A stretch of 62,228 bases of DNA, the filler included, from Catajapyx aquilonaris (lineage: Eukaryota): assembly GCA_000934665.2 (NCBI GenBank). It is 3 parts of 3 records of this genome, joined end to end, with 100 filler letters (N's around TTAATTAATTAA, not from the genome) between each part and the next. Parts side by side here need not be neighbours in the genome. Positions count along the whole stretch, not along the records: positions 1 to 20,686 come from JYFJ02006214.1; 2 more parts are not named here. One strand, given 5' to 3'. The notes below the pieces were generated by a model. It was not told where the DNA came from. It saw only the letters and a list, made by a program, of their open reading frames with translations, and did no database searches. Position numbers and translations under genes: made by a program. This document shows, in pieces, positions 1 through 13,914 of this stretch; position 1 is the stretch's first letter; each line of letters starts with the position of its first letter.

Positions 1-376
1 CCCCCCCCCCCCCCCCCTCTTTCGACATTGGGGAAGTAGTTGTACACCAACGTCTCTTCTGCAGCTCATTTCTTGGCACACCACGCCACGACAGGGGGTA
101 GTCCATGGTATAGTCAGAGGAATCCAGGGTTCGGGGAGCAGTTCAAAGACAACATTGTCAGCAACAAGTGAGGTGTGTGTATTCTCCATTGAAAGAAGAG
201 CCCACACTTTCACCATCGTAAGTGTCCAATATTCCCAGTGGTATGATGCAATGGCAATGAAACTTTGTGGATGCTGGTCTAGAGAGTGCTACTACAATTT
301 AGTGGCAATACATCCTTAAACGTCAACTCCTTCTATGTCAGGCCGAGACCCTCGTACCTACAATGTTACATCCTAC

Positions 377-908
377 CTATGTGGGTAGCAACTCCTGATT
401 TTCTGGGGTGAAGGATTCCATTGCCATCTACTAATACCACGGTACAATACTGGGCTGCTTTTTCTTTCAGTCTCTTGATTGCTTCTATGAGTGGTGCAGC
501 TTCACGAAATGCTAAAAATCCTGAAATAATGCATTCATTAAAGTTGGCAGAACTAGCTCATGATCATTTACATTCCCACCTGGAATGTAATCAACAGTGA
601 CCTGCGTCATGAAGACATCTTTGTACACCACATTCAGATGAGGAATCTCACACACAGTCAGTGCTGCACATGCAACAGTATCACTGCCCTTGACAAATGA
701 TACATCAACTCCAGCCACATATCTTAGAGATCTGAAATGTATTTATTGGCTGCTTGCTTAAGCTGGTCAGACACTTCACAGATCTACTTTACAATGCTAA
801 CCTGGAGTGTTGCCACTGTTCGACATCTTCCACTACAACCTGTGAAGACAGGTCATGTTGCTGCAGAGCCCATTTTTCTTCTATTTCGCTTTCAGTACTT
901 TGTGCCAT
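377..908 (-). CDS. ENDOV: Endonuclease V, first three coding exons (908-802, 731-580, 520-377); the rest is not identified and probably lies beyond the left edge
   Basis: Phase-consistent GT-AG splicing gives [17 protein letters not shown]...[10 protein letters not shown]...YIPGFLAFRE...[21 protein letters not shown]. This contains the EndoV motifs GVDVS, YxPGFLAFRE and DGNGxLHPRxxGxAxHxG. Confidence 0.93.
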
Positions 909-2314
909 AATGTGATCCCATTGAAGGGAGTTTTCGTTATTATATTTCGAGACGAACGTACTGTAGTACAGCTGATAACCGGGCAAACCGGCTGATGACA
1001 GTCACAAACCACATTATCACAATTCAATAGGAGTTTCCTGTTGCAAGTTGCAACAGATGTCGCGAGTAGCGTCGAGTTAGCAAAAGCATCGTTAGAGGGC
1101 AGCATGTTACTATTTTTTTCTGTACTTGCTCGCGGGCCAACCTTCAAAAATGTCTTACCACTTTCCCGCACAGTGCGACATAAATATAAATATCCAAGGG
1201 CTGAAGTAGCTGAGGAGTTTTTATTTAGTTTTTTAAAAAGGAGGACATCTTATAAAAAATCCAGTAGACAAGAAAATTGTGCATTAGACGTCATTCCTGC
1301 TGTCCCAGAGAAAAGACCGAAGGTAACCAGGATGCCAGTTGAATTTATTTGTTAGCTTAAGTTTGCAAGGTTAACCCAAGTATACTGTATAAACCATCTT
1401 GATTATATTAAAATGAGACGCAACTCTTCATATGAATTCTTAATTTCAATTAGCAGTTGAAGGTGTCGTGGTGACGTATCTGAAGTTTCTTGGGGGCCTT
1501 TTTGTTTTCCCGGTGTGAAGTCTCTAGGTACCGGTACATAAGTTAAAAACATACTAGTAATGCCACTGTACTGGTTTTGAGTGAAACGGTCCAGCGTACA
1601 AAGCTTTGAATGAGAGATAATGTATGAGTAGCTAATTAAAACAACACTTGGCATTGGATTTAGAAGTCCATTTACTTATTTCATTTAAAACACATGACAA
1701 TAGAAAAAAATGTGTAAACATCGCATAACAAAATATACTAACGTGAGATACATAATATGTTAGCCTGATCCCGGAAACTTGCAATAGCCGAGAGGGGAGA
1801 GAGGAATCTATAAAATTGCAGTCTACATAATACACGCGAAAAGTAGTCAGCCAATTTATTTCTCGGCAAAGCAATATTGTTTCTATTAGTACTGATGAGA
1901 GTCCCTGAAAATATAGTATTTTTGTAGAAAACATTTGCACACTATTATCAACAATATAAAACAGTGGTTTCAGTTAGCTACTTCGGGAATGTTACACACT
2001 ATGTTTCACAAGAAGTATGTTATGATGAGTTAGGGCCTAAGGTTCCATAATATTATATTGGGTCCTCTACATACAAAGTATGTAAGGGATAATTTTTGGG
2101 TGCAATAGTTTGAATACAACAGATGGCATAAATTGCTATACCCAACTCCGGGCGTAAAGTTAACTTACGACAGAGGCCTCTTAATATTCTGGAAATGAGG
2201 CCATCCCCACGTGCTTACCAACTTCCATTTGAAATGAAATAATAATTACAGATGGAAAAAAATGTTCTTACTCCCATTTTCCCTACCATATTTTAAAAAA
2301 ATCAAGTGATTGCT

Positions 2315-5300
2315 TCAACCTTGAAGTGACCTTTTCCCCGCATTGAGAACATTTCTGGCAACTTTATGCAAACGCATTGTGACTTCAGGAGCCATCTTCT
2401 TGTATCCGTTACGCACAAACTTCTGAGTAAATCCTTTGCTCCTCGTCTTGTCTTGCGGCGACAAACTTCCATGGACCATCACCTTTAAAAATAAATATTC
2501 TTAACTTACTGTACGCCTTATCATTTGTTATCATTTTCACTGGTTGAAGGATTAGATTATCAAAATGAAACACTGCAATGAAAGATATCAGGTATACAGG
2601 CCATCATGTATCTATCAAATACATTTGTTTCGCAACTATTTCAGATTGATGGCAATCGCCAAAGGTTTTCTTAAGGTAGACCTACTAATTATCTAGGGGA
2701 AGTTTAGCAAACACAAATTGACTTATGACATGTGCGAGGTAACATAGTTTCTTTTAAAAAAATGAAACATTGCTCATTCCTACCTGCTTGGGTCGTAGTA
2801 CTCTCAACTTTTTCACTCTTGCAGTGTCATCAGCATTGATTCTGATGTTCAACCTTCCCTCCAATTGAGTTGCAGACGCTGAGGCCTTTTGTATTCTCGG
2901 TTTTTTTCCGGTGCGGAATTGCTAAAAATAACAATTCGGATGAGTGACGTTATTCAATATTTTGCATATAATATTTGTAAACCTTCTTAATGATCTCCAG
3001 TTGCAAGGGCCCTAGTTGGAAGCGAGCGGAAATTATCTTAGCCCCTTTTCTCTGCCGAATGCTCACGTTGCCTGTCCTTCTTATGGTGGACAGCCCAGAC
3101 AGGATTCCCCTCATTGTCATCGGTCCTTTTTGCTGCTTCTGGGTAACAAAGTGACGTTTATTAGTAGTTATTGCCAGTTACTCAACACTTTATTTTGAAT
3201 ACTGCCTCAGGTTAAAATATATATGTGAAGACTTGAAATGCAAAATGCTCAGAGTCACTATTTTGTCGATTAAGGGCATTATGCATTGTGTAATGTAGTC
3301 CATTGTCCATTGATACGCACTTTCTTAAGGACAAAATCAGTTATTTGATAAAGCAAACTATGAGAAACGTTCGAAAAAAAGATGATCCTGTAAACAGTGT
3401 AAAGGATAAACGTCAAATCCTCATAGCCCGAAATCATTCTACATTACTACAACTTTGATCATTATGCAGTTCAGGTCTTCATTTGCTGATTTTAAAGGAT
3501 CAATCCAGGAATGCCATCAATCAACAAACTTACTCTCCCATTGTCTGCTTTTTCTTTCTTCTTGTCATTCCTTCTCCTGTTCTGCCCACGACCCTTATTC
3601 CCTTGTTTTCTTCGTCTCGGTACACTTGTTATCAGACCTGTACCGTCTCCACCAGTCTGCGAACCTCGTCTTGGGTTCTCCGTTGACGAAATCTCCTTGC
3701 TCACAGCAACCTCTGTACTGTTGTCTTCTCCAGTTGCATCCAGTGTAGGCAACGTTGCATCTCTAAGCAAAAATTAGACGCCATTGATAAATTGCTACCA
3801 GAATTTCTCAGACATAGCTATACCTTGTCATCCTATGTTGTGCTTCTTTATTCTTTCCCTGTTTGGCTTTGTCTTTCCCACCTCTTCTCCTCTTATTCTT
3901 ACCACCTTTTCGCTTTTGCTTTCGGTCAGCTTTCTTCCTCTTCTGTCCCAAAAGGTTAATGCTGAGAGGATCCATATTGCGATCCTTTATCAAGTCGTTC
4001 ATTCGTTCCAACATGGAGTCGACGTATGTGTTGAATTCCCTAATATCGGCTTCGTCTTTGTCGTCTGTTAGTGACGCTCCTGCAAGTCATATACCAATGT
4101 GATTTTATGTGGTATAAAAATGACACATGTGCAGTATACTTTGTGTCTTGTTCAAAATGGCAAAACGTAAGACGTAGGAAAAATAACACAGGCTATAATG
4201 ATATCGTTACGAGAAGGCATAGCTGAGAAATGGGAGAAAGAAACCGAGTAAAGTCTTGTTTTCACAAAAAAAAAAATATGCAGGCCCCATCATTTAACCG
4301 AAGTTGGTCTTTCATTTATCTTCTTTATCCACGGGTTGCTTCATTTTTGCTTTTTGTGATATGAATATAACAAAAACACTCGTCATTTTTTCGCACGATT
4401 TCATCACTGCTGCTGGAAGAAGAAGCAATATTGCGATATCCTTTTCTGGTTCATCACTTTCGTGCACAAGACGATATTAATGCCATAAAAATCCTTTCAG
4501 ATTCCTAGAGCCTTTTGGTGCAATTTGAACTTTGAGAATCTTCAAATTCGCAACACTCCGACCCCTGTCTCTCAGCTCTAAATCTCTGGATTACAATATT
4601 CTAGCTATCACTTTTAGTAGGCTCTATGAAGCACCACACGAACCAAAGATTTATATACTGGGCCGATCAAAATAAGTCCTATAGTACAAATTACATACCT
4701 TATTATTATTTTGATAACATTCTTTGTCATAATTATGTGCCTCATAATAGGATAGCTGCTGTGTAACAAGGCTTAAACAATGCAAGGATATAATATTTAA
4801 GTGGCCTTTTGTGCACCGTAATCGATCCTATCTCTGCCAGGGAAAGCACATGATTTGCCGCGGTCATCCCTTGTGTCTTTTACGTGCCCAGTTCATTTAG
4901 AAATGAGTCCTCTGGCCTACTTTGGTATACGAAAGATCAAGGTTCGTTTCCCTGATAAGAATAAACCAATAGACTCCCCGTAAATGTAACGCTAAGGAGC
5001 CTGCAGACTATATTATGCATCATCCATGTTGTGGAATTTATATTGTCTCTCTAACAAACAATACCAACGTTTCGTAAGTTTCGCTTGGATGGACCTTCCT
5101 TTTTGTTGTTTTTATAACACGTTTCAAAGGGGAATTGTGATACTGATGAAATGTGCCACGGAGATCCCGTTTAAACGGTAGACATTGACATCTCACGTCA
5201 GAAAAGTCAGAATGAGAACTATAAATAGAAGGCGTAACTTAATATCTAGGAAACTCAAGGAAATCAATTGACTTACGTCCTCCTCGATTTGAAGGCGAAT

Positions 5301-6211
5301 CATGCGAATTGAATTCTTCCACAGATTCTTCAGCTGAAAGGAGAATAATGGGATAATGCATTAAGAAGAATATTTAATTTACGATATCAATAAATGGTAA
5401 GGATGCATTTATATTGAAAAGATAATTTGGCATACGCATAGTCGAGTTTTCTTCACTCTATAATGCTTGAGGCTACTTTATTGCCAATGAATTTTACTGT
5501 AATACTAATATGCTGCATAATAACATTAATATCCCTTGCTCTATAGCCTATGATTAATGATATTTGGCTTAGCATAAGACTGCCGATTGTTTTTATGTGC
5601 CCTAAACTGGTTTCCTCCACCCCGAGCCTTTTTCTCATTACTTTAATGACAAAATATCTGCACCTAGAAGTTCGTGAGATTATACCATAATGTGGATGCA
5701 TAATGTGGACCAGTCATTCATACACATTCATACTTTGTACCGTATACTAAATAGCGTAATAACTTAACTTTGTCTTTTTATCATTAAATTTCATTACTCT
5801 GCATTAAAAATACAGATTTGTCGGTATACGCAATGCAATCACGACGTATCCAATCACCCAGGTCTATACACTCGACCAATGAGTGTTATAAACCATTGAA
5901 CTACAAAAGCCGTGTCGGGTTTGAACTGATACCGGTCAGGAAAACTATAGCATCATACACATACCATCGAACAAGTTGACAAAAATCCTGGCAACATCCA
6001 ACTCCGTACTGATGCTTCTGTTGGACACCGAAAGAAAATCTTCGTCCAAAACTAGCGTCTGTCCGCTGACAGGGTCGGATTCCATCTTGTGACTGACAAT
6101 ATCTTGGATGTTGGTGACATTTGGAAGGAGGACCTTTTCTCCCTGCGTTGAAGTCGTTTCGGAGGCCAAGGCCAGGAGGCCCATGAACAGGAGCGTACAG
6201 GTGGACATCAT
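2315..6211 (-). CDS. Secreted group-7-allergen/TULIP-like protein with a Lys/Arg-rich insert, about 442 aa; exons 6211-5965, 5333-5277, 5142-5065, 4079-3824, 3762-3534, 3138-2983, 2921-2784, 2482-2315
   Basis: All junctions are GT-AG and in phase. There is an N-terminal hydrophobic signal (MMSTCTLLFMGLLALA), then FNTYVDSMLERMNDLIKDRNMDPLSI, and after a basic linker GILSGLSTIRRTGNV...FQLGPLQLEI...LEGRLNIRI...VKKLRVLRPKQVMV. These resemble the N.Y.D...DPL and G.L.GL..I.R.G patterns of Grp7 allergen-like proteins. The five 3' exons are solid; joining of the three 5' exons is less certain. Confidence 0.7.
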
Positions 6212-9200
6212 GATCTAAACAAGGCAAGGCATGCAACAGTACTGTACTTGCATTCTACATGACTGATTTATCTAGAAGTGTGCGGTATTTGAAGTATCGT
6301 ATGTGTTTTTTTCGTACTGTTATTGTGCGACTACCGAGAAGTAAACAATCATTTGAGGCATTCGAGCTATTGTGGCATGACTCTTGGAATACATTTCACG
6401 GCAAAATGCTTCAGATAAGTAACATTTTTGTTCCGTTTTGTAGCAATTTTGCCAACCGTTCAGCCGAAATCACCCGTCACGATTGTTGCATACCACCGCG
6501 TATGTTTCAAGCGCGGCAAAAAAAACACACTATCTAATGCAAATCCGCGCACTTCGCACCTGAATACCCGATATTACCTAACTTGCCTCAATGTCAACGA
6601 CCCACTCTCAAGGTTGCACTCGCAATACTCTTTCCTCAGCACATAAAGCAAACTATTCACTTACCTGACCTGCGAGCAAAATGCCTCAACCACCTCTTCG
6701 ACACAAGCCCACGGATTTACCCCCTTTTATTGTTAACTTGCTCCCGGACAGGGTGAAAGAAATACATAAAAAAGGACAGTAGAATAGAGAGAGCAAGAAG
6801 AAGAAGAAGAAGAAGAAGGGGAAAAAAAGTCTTTTGGGGCGCTGGCCTGAAGGAAAAAGAGGCAGCGGTTTGGAAGCTCCACCAACTACGTGACCCCTTC
6901 CCTTGAGGACTCTCTTCTGATTCCCCCTCCACTTGAGCGCCACAAGGAATGGGCCAAGAAGAACATGACAAAAAAATGGACCCCCATCATGTGAAGAAGA
7001 GAGCAGGGGAAAAAAACAGTTCATTGACTGCATCCTACCGACTGACATCCCCCTCGGGGCAAAAAGCGGCTAAATGAGTGAGGGAGGGGTTGGGAGGGGT
7101 GGAGGGGGTTTGCGTTTAAATTCCCTGTCAAGGGTAAATATACTCTATATGCATACATGATTGTCGTGATTGGATATTAACCGAACCTTGCTACTGTATG
7201 CGTGTACTGTACCGTTTTGGGAGGTACTAATATCTACAGATTTTGTCTGGAGTGGGCGGTATGTCCCTTCAGGTGTAATATATATGAATATATTCTACCG
7301 TGCTGTTTTGTGAAACCGTGTGGAACACTGTAAGATGTGACACACAATACATCCTGGTTTTACACATATTTAATTACCTTGGCGTTAAAAATATTTAGCA
7401 GACAGTGGCCAATAATAGACATGTCTAATGTGTTGATATCCAGAACGATGACTCTGGACGAAGAAATGATGGTAATGTGTAGAATGCAATGATTCTAAAT
7501 GATTATTTAGAATTCCTTTCATTTTCATTTAATTTTTGAGCCTGTAGAGTGTCTTTTAAAAATAAAGCTAATGACGCCCTTCCTGCTATCATATTGATTC
7601 ACTCATCCGCCGCAAAAGTAATTAATCCCCGGCCCTGACGCAATTGTTTCCGCAGTAAGTTATTATTACAAGTTAATAGATTTTGCTTTCCACTTTGGCA
7701 TACATTGTCTCAAGTAGGCCCTACGGTATATTCGGAACGATGCATGACTTTAAAAAAATAAATTACCCCGACTTACTTGTACAAACAAGTTGCGCAATAT
7801 TCCACGTAATGTATAATGAACAAGTAGTTTTATGGTCTGTGGGATGTAAAATACGCTTAATAGGCTATTCTTTTGTCAGCCGGTTCTTCCAGACGTGTGT
7901 GGACAAAGGGAAAGAAGGACATCTGAGACTTGAATGTCCAGTACAGGGAGCGGTACATCTGCTACAGAGGTTTCCTATACCGACACACCTACATTTTGCA
8001 TTATTGGAATGCAAATTGGCTCAAGTAGGTTTAATGACACCAATCACATCCCTACTCCCACAACATCAAGGCATGTCAGCCGTATAATGTAGGGGTTGAT
8101 TGGGTGTCCCTATACTCATATGATCGAGGAATAAATAGGTAACAATTTTCATGATGCTATTTTGACACATTGTGTGTTGTATATGTCACATTATTTTGCT
8201 TGTGCATAAAGGATCCCACCTTATAGTCTATGAGTTTTCGTGAATAAAAGAAGCACTTGAAAAGTAAAGTAGTGACTGTGTTTCAAATTCAACAGGTTAC
8301 ACCACGGCCGAGGAGTGTTGTACAATGTATTTACACAATGTATAGTACAATGCATTTACACCGATGATACGAGTGTGAGCTCAATATTGAAACACACGGT
8401 GTCACGTTATTAGTTCTTGAATGTATAGGAAGAAAAGTAAAAAAAAAGCACCATGAAATTTAATGGGAATGAGCTGCTCACGTATGGACAACCACTTCAA
8501 AGGCAGTTTTGAGATATAATTAACTTATAGAGATCTAAAGTTAAAAAGTAATATGTATAGTAAATGCCGTAAAGAGTATATGGAATATATTGTAATAATG
8601 CCACAGAAAATTACTGAGAAATTCCCTGCTCTAACTTATTAATAATTATTATTGGTCTATAAAATTTAAGCGTGAATAGTTTCAGTTGAATAGTATGCAA
8701 CTAGAAGTTATGCATAAACGTAATACTGCACTAAACTTGCGGCAAAATTAATATAGTTAGTCCATAATACTTATGAGAGGAATTTAAGGAAATAATGCAA
8801 ATACCCTGACCACACGAAAGCAAGCCTGTTATTCTTTCCACACTCTCCACTTTGAAGTACAGTAGGCTACACGTATGTTGCTGAACTCATAATTTAGGTG
8901 AACGAAACTAAGATCTTAATAATCATTAATAATAATTATATTGCGACCCTATTTATATCTTCCACTTTCATCGTCTTCTCCTTTATCCCTCACCATCCTT
9001 GAATATTCCACTAGCCTCTTGATCACGGGAGAGTTTTGAATGCTAGAGAAAAAGCCACCAAAATTATGCAGGGCCATTGTACTCGAACAAACCTTAATCC
9101 ATAAACAAAGCACCTACGTCATGTGTGCTGCAGAATATATTGTTGTTCATCTTGACAAAATGATGCCACAGGATAATATAATTCTATAATTTAATCGATA

Positions 9201-10270
9201 TTTTTGTTGCTATACTTACCGTTAGTTTCATTGTTCATTGAAGGCCACGGGCCCTGGTGACATTCAGTACGCGCCCAAGCTTTTTTTTCGTAGATGTTGA
9301 TCATGTGAATAGTGAGGGAGAGGACGGCTAGGAGAAGGCAATCAGTGTATTAGGCTATTTATTTATGTTTTTGTGCAATTTTTCTATCCAGGATAATGCA
9401 TAAAAAATTTTAAGTGACTATTAGAGATGTGCCGAATATGGAATACCCATTATGTTTTAGCTTCTACATATTGCAGAAATTAATGAAACGGTCTGATACT
9501 TACATTTTAATTAGAAAAAATCGTTATCTCTTAGATCCCGAAAGAAAATTACCATCAGTTGCATGGCTTTTTTCTTCATAATCACATTTTTCTGAAACCT
9601 TACGAAAATGACCCCTCAGAAAAAGTGTTCCTGTAATGTGGAATACCTCCTTTATTGACATAAATCCCCTACAAATAAGATGTCAAGGGTATTTATTTTG
9701 CTGTTATAGTGCTCACATCACCTTGCTTGTTTACTAATAAGTGAGACAGGATTGTGTGAGACACAGTCTCACACATTACTGATTGTATCCCATCTTCTTG
9801 CATACAGCAGCAATTATTATGGCTGGTCAGGGTTCTACTGCCTCTCTTTCACCTCTTTCGTGGCATTTTCATGAGTGTATTATGTGATAAATTGCAATGT
9901 ATGACACACTGACTTTCAATAAGTTGTGTGTTCCTTGTGTGAAAATAGTGGAATAGTATCCCACATTAGGCAAGTCCATAATTATGTATTCCACATTAGT
10001 GTATGTCATTATTGTGACCACTTTTTCCATTAATAACTTAATATTGGAGGCCTACTATAATTTTTACTTGCACTGATTTTGCAGACCTTGCTGGTGAGGG
10101 TCATGATAACAGTTTTGTGCTGTGTAATGCGAATACGGCAATAGACGTTGATATCTTCGATCGAAAACTTTTTGCGTGTGGTCGGAAAAAGTGATTAATC
10201 TGTTTTGCTAGAAATGTTAATTGAGTCACCGATTCCCTACACCGTCTCTGGTGTTGTTCTCGGAGTCTAA

Positions 10271-10397
10271 TGGCCGGTTTCACCAAGCCCGGTGTTCATA
10301 AAAACCCCGGTTCTTTCGGAAAATCCTTATTCTATTTGCAGGGATTTTCTGAAAGAACCGGGGTTTTTATGAAAACCGGTCTTGGTGAAACCGGCCA
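10271..10397. mobile_element. Palindromic MITE, PIF/Harbinger (Tourist)-like
   Basis: Near-perfect hairpin TGGCCGGTTTCACCAAG...CTTGGTGAAACCGGCCA with TAA on both sides (3-bp TSD). Confidence 0.8.
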
Positions 10398-11612
10398 TAA
10401 GTATATAGAACTATATTTTGTCAAAGTGTCGACAGCTGACACGCAGTAGTTTTTTAAAATAAGCCGGTATTCCATATTAGGCAAGTATTCCACATTAGGG
10501 GCATTTCCTCTATATTCTGGGCGATATTAGCGATATAACTGTCAACGACCCTGATACTTATTGGAACACCCTGCATCGTGCTTTGCATATGAGTAAACCA
10601 ATTAGACCAAACATGGGATCCCGAAAGGGCGAAAGGAACATTGGATATGAGCACTGAGGGTGTACACTACAAAGATTGGCAGAGATAAGCCGGAAAGAAT
10701 GCCGCAACCATAAAATGTCAACTTTGCTCCCCTGAAAGCGTTGGTCGATACTTATTATGGACTGGTCATTCATGTATATTGGTAATTTTTATCAGTCGCT
10801 TAAAAAATTATTTTTACAGTCAATATCCACGCACTTTCGCAAGCTTCGTCTGCTAACCGTATTTTAAGATACGATTAACATCCCCCCCCCCCCCCCCCNC
10901 GCCCTTACCACCACCCTCTCAACCTCCCCACCCCCGTCACGTGATCCCGTACAAGCAGCTATTTACATAATCTGTAAAATTTAACGTGTGGAATAATTTT
11001 ACAGGATTTTTCAGCCATTATAACCGGGAAATACATCAAAGGTATTTAAAGTTATGTAACATCAGCAATCAAATTGATTCTGATTAAAAGGCGGAGTGAA
11101 AATGGTGGCACTTGAGTCGCTTGCGGGTTGGGGATGGGAAAAATCGGCGGTCCAATAAGCTGGAAATCGGCCGAGCAGTCAGGCATATGATGCATAAGGA
11201 CCCGATGCACGTCATGATAGGTAAAGTTCAAGGAAACACGGATGTCATCTGCCTAGAGTGCCCTGTTACACTTCTTTGACTGCAGGTGTATCTTTTCGGC
11301 TCTTCGTAATGTAACCTGGGCCTATTCTGTACCTCCGTAGCGGACGTAAAATTTAGTTAAGTTACAGGGATTTTCGGGGCTGCCGGACGCAATCGAGTTA
11401 TCGAAACCAGAGGTATAGGCGAGACAGTACAGTGTCATGTGAATTCGGCATTATTCTCAATGTGGGGCAAGTTGGTGGTTGGTTGCACTTTGTTGAATCG
11501 GTACTAATGGGGAGAATTATCAAGAAAGTAATGGGATAGGGGACTTATGCCAGTTCCCCCATTTCCGGTTACAGCACCACTGGAGGCTGTAATGCCATAG
11601 GTATCAGACATT

Positions 11613-11977
11613 GAGTGCATTTACATGGGACTAAAAATCATCCTAGGTAAGGTGGCCTAATCAAGGCAAACCTGTTTATACTCCCATGTAACTGCTGGGC
11701 CTACATTGGACCGGCTTTGGCTAAGACAGTCAGAGCCGGTATCGGGCTCAGCCCAAGCCTTTTGGATCGGGTGGTCTACGTAAGGCGATGGCACTGATTG
11801 GCTGAGGGGACAGCCCGGGAGGGAAGCCTTGCTTCCAAGTGGGCTACCGGCGCTACCTTTCCAGCAAGAGAGTCAGTCCCATGTAGCAGTGGCAGAAGTG
11901 GGAGCAGGCTTTGCGTAGACCAGCCTTGCTTAGTGGGCCTGGGCCAGGCTGATTTTTAATCCCATGTAAGCGCAGTC
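11613..11977. mobile_element. MITE with imperfect TIRs (possibly Harbinger-like)
   Basis: Left end GAGTGCATTTACATGGGACTAAAAATCA matches the reverse complement of the right end, GACTGCGCTTACATGGGATTAAAAATCA. The interior is GC-rich with internal CCCATGTA repeats. Confidence 0.65.
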
Positions 11978-13914
11978 TAAAAATATAGCGCATAAATTTA
12001 AAGTGTGATATAATAGTAGACTGATACCTTTGTGTAAAATGCATGTCAATGATATTCAGGTACCTTACATATAACTGAAATCCAAGTATAGATTTTTATG
12101 CAAATGACTTTTTAACATGAGGTGGTGTGTTTGGTAATTCTCTGCTCTCTAAGTGTGGTCTTTTGCACAAAGGTGATTGTAGGATCAACACCTTTTAATG
12201 TGCTGTTGGAAACTGATTCTTGTGAAACTGACACAAATCTGAGGGAACTGTACTGACGATTATCCAGGCTAATGACTGCACGGATGTTTGCCAGATAATT
12301 GGAAAACACTGATAATCGGGAAATGGTCCTAGTCATCGTTAAAATGAGCTATTCACAGGTTTTTAATGTAATCGACAGTACAGTGTATTTCCTCTATGGT
12401 GTGTAGGGTTGTTTCGCAGCCGATGTGTGAATTCAGATTTTGTTGCATCTGTGATAGTTTCTTAGATGCACAGAATCATTTTTCTGCAGCTCCTACAGAA
12501 TCACACAATGCATTCATGTTTTATTGTAATTCTTTTGTGAAGAGCATGTGACGAAGCTAAGCATATTGTAAGTTATTAATGGTTTCAGGTGCAATGCACA
12601 AAGACCCCAATTTATGAACATGTGAGAAGTACAACCCTAATTGTTCATGGGATTGTTTTCCAGTTTAGAACTTGGAGAGTAAGTTCTCATGCCTCCAATA
12701 GCCATAGTTTAAGAAACAATATAGCACTACCTGTATTGCTAATGGGTCTTCTGAAGCAGAATGTTAATGAGAGCCATTATATAGTGATACTGTATGGGTA
12801 GACCTGTGAAAAAAGTAGAATGTAGACATGAGAATGCACGCCTGAGAAACAGTATGGACTCATATCTCTCTGCAGCAGACTGTTGTTGCAACGATGACAT
12901 CTCATCGATGGCAGTGGACTGACATTGCAAGGGAATGACGGCAGAAGATCTCTGCTACATGGTGGTCTAGCTTCTTCCTAAAAGTAATAATTAACACTCA
13001 TAAGATTTATAATTTACGCCTCAATTAGAAGTTCTTAAGCACCTATTGCAGAAGGTACCAAGTGATGCTAAAACTAGCATCATCACAGTTAGTAAACCTA
13101 AAGTTCACTTAAGGGCATATAATATCACTTCCTTTACTCTGAACACCCTGATGACCTTTATGGCAGGAGATGTGGGGTAGGCTGTGGAATTGGCTGGTGC
13201 TGCATGTATATATGTAAAGCTTTCCCCCCAAAGTCTGGGTATATAATGTGCACTAACTTTCCTTACAGAAAGTCAGTACACCCCTGCTGTTGATACCAGA
13301 ATTTACAAACTTGATGTTGCCAAGCCACACAATCCAATCAAAATATGTAAAGAGCGCATATAGCTGCAAGTTAAAATATCAACATATCTCTTGCAATCGT
13401 ATGTTCAAAACCATATTGGCATTTCCTGTGGTGTAAGATAGGTCAAGGCAAAAGCATATGAAGTGTGAGGAGCCTATATACAAGCACACACCAGAACTTC
13501 AGACACTTAAAAATGCATGTAAGATATTCTAACTCTTACAACTAAGGGCCATGCCTGCCAACTCAGAATAAGCTACATGAGAGCATAATAACAAAATGTA
13601 TCCATATTAAGCCTCAATTTCCACTTCACTAACCATATAGTAATATTAAGCACTATTGACTACACAGGTAGTCCAGCTGATTAGTCTGGATTTGTTTATG
13701 CTCTGCTCCACACATCAGAGCTCTGCCTTTGTTTGGATAATTCTTCAGACTGCTTCTGGACATGAACTATATCGCTCAAAACGATGGAGATAATTTTGCA
13801 TGTGGTTTCAATGCAAAATCGTCTCCCATCTTTTTGGGTGATTGTACTCCCGATTATCCAGGTGCGGATTGCACTGGTTGACAAGGACCTGTTTCTATAA
13901 GGTCTTTTTCCGCT

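Noticed and set aside
6686..7048. Minus-strand ORFs with a poly-Leu or poly-Phe hydrophobic stretch
   Set aside because: The hydrophobic run is the translation of a (GAA)n microsatellite, and I could not build a consistent spliced model or recognise a family.
7370..9330. Scattered minus-strand exon-like segments (about 7378-7494, 7777-7836, 9220-9327)
   Set aside because: They have plausible splice sites but could not be joined into an open, recognisable protein.
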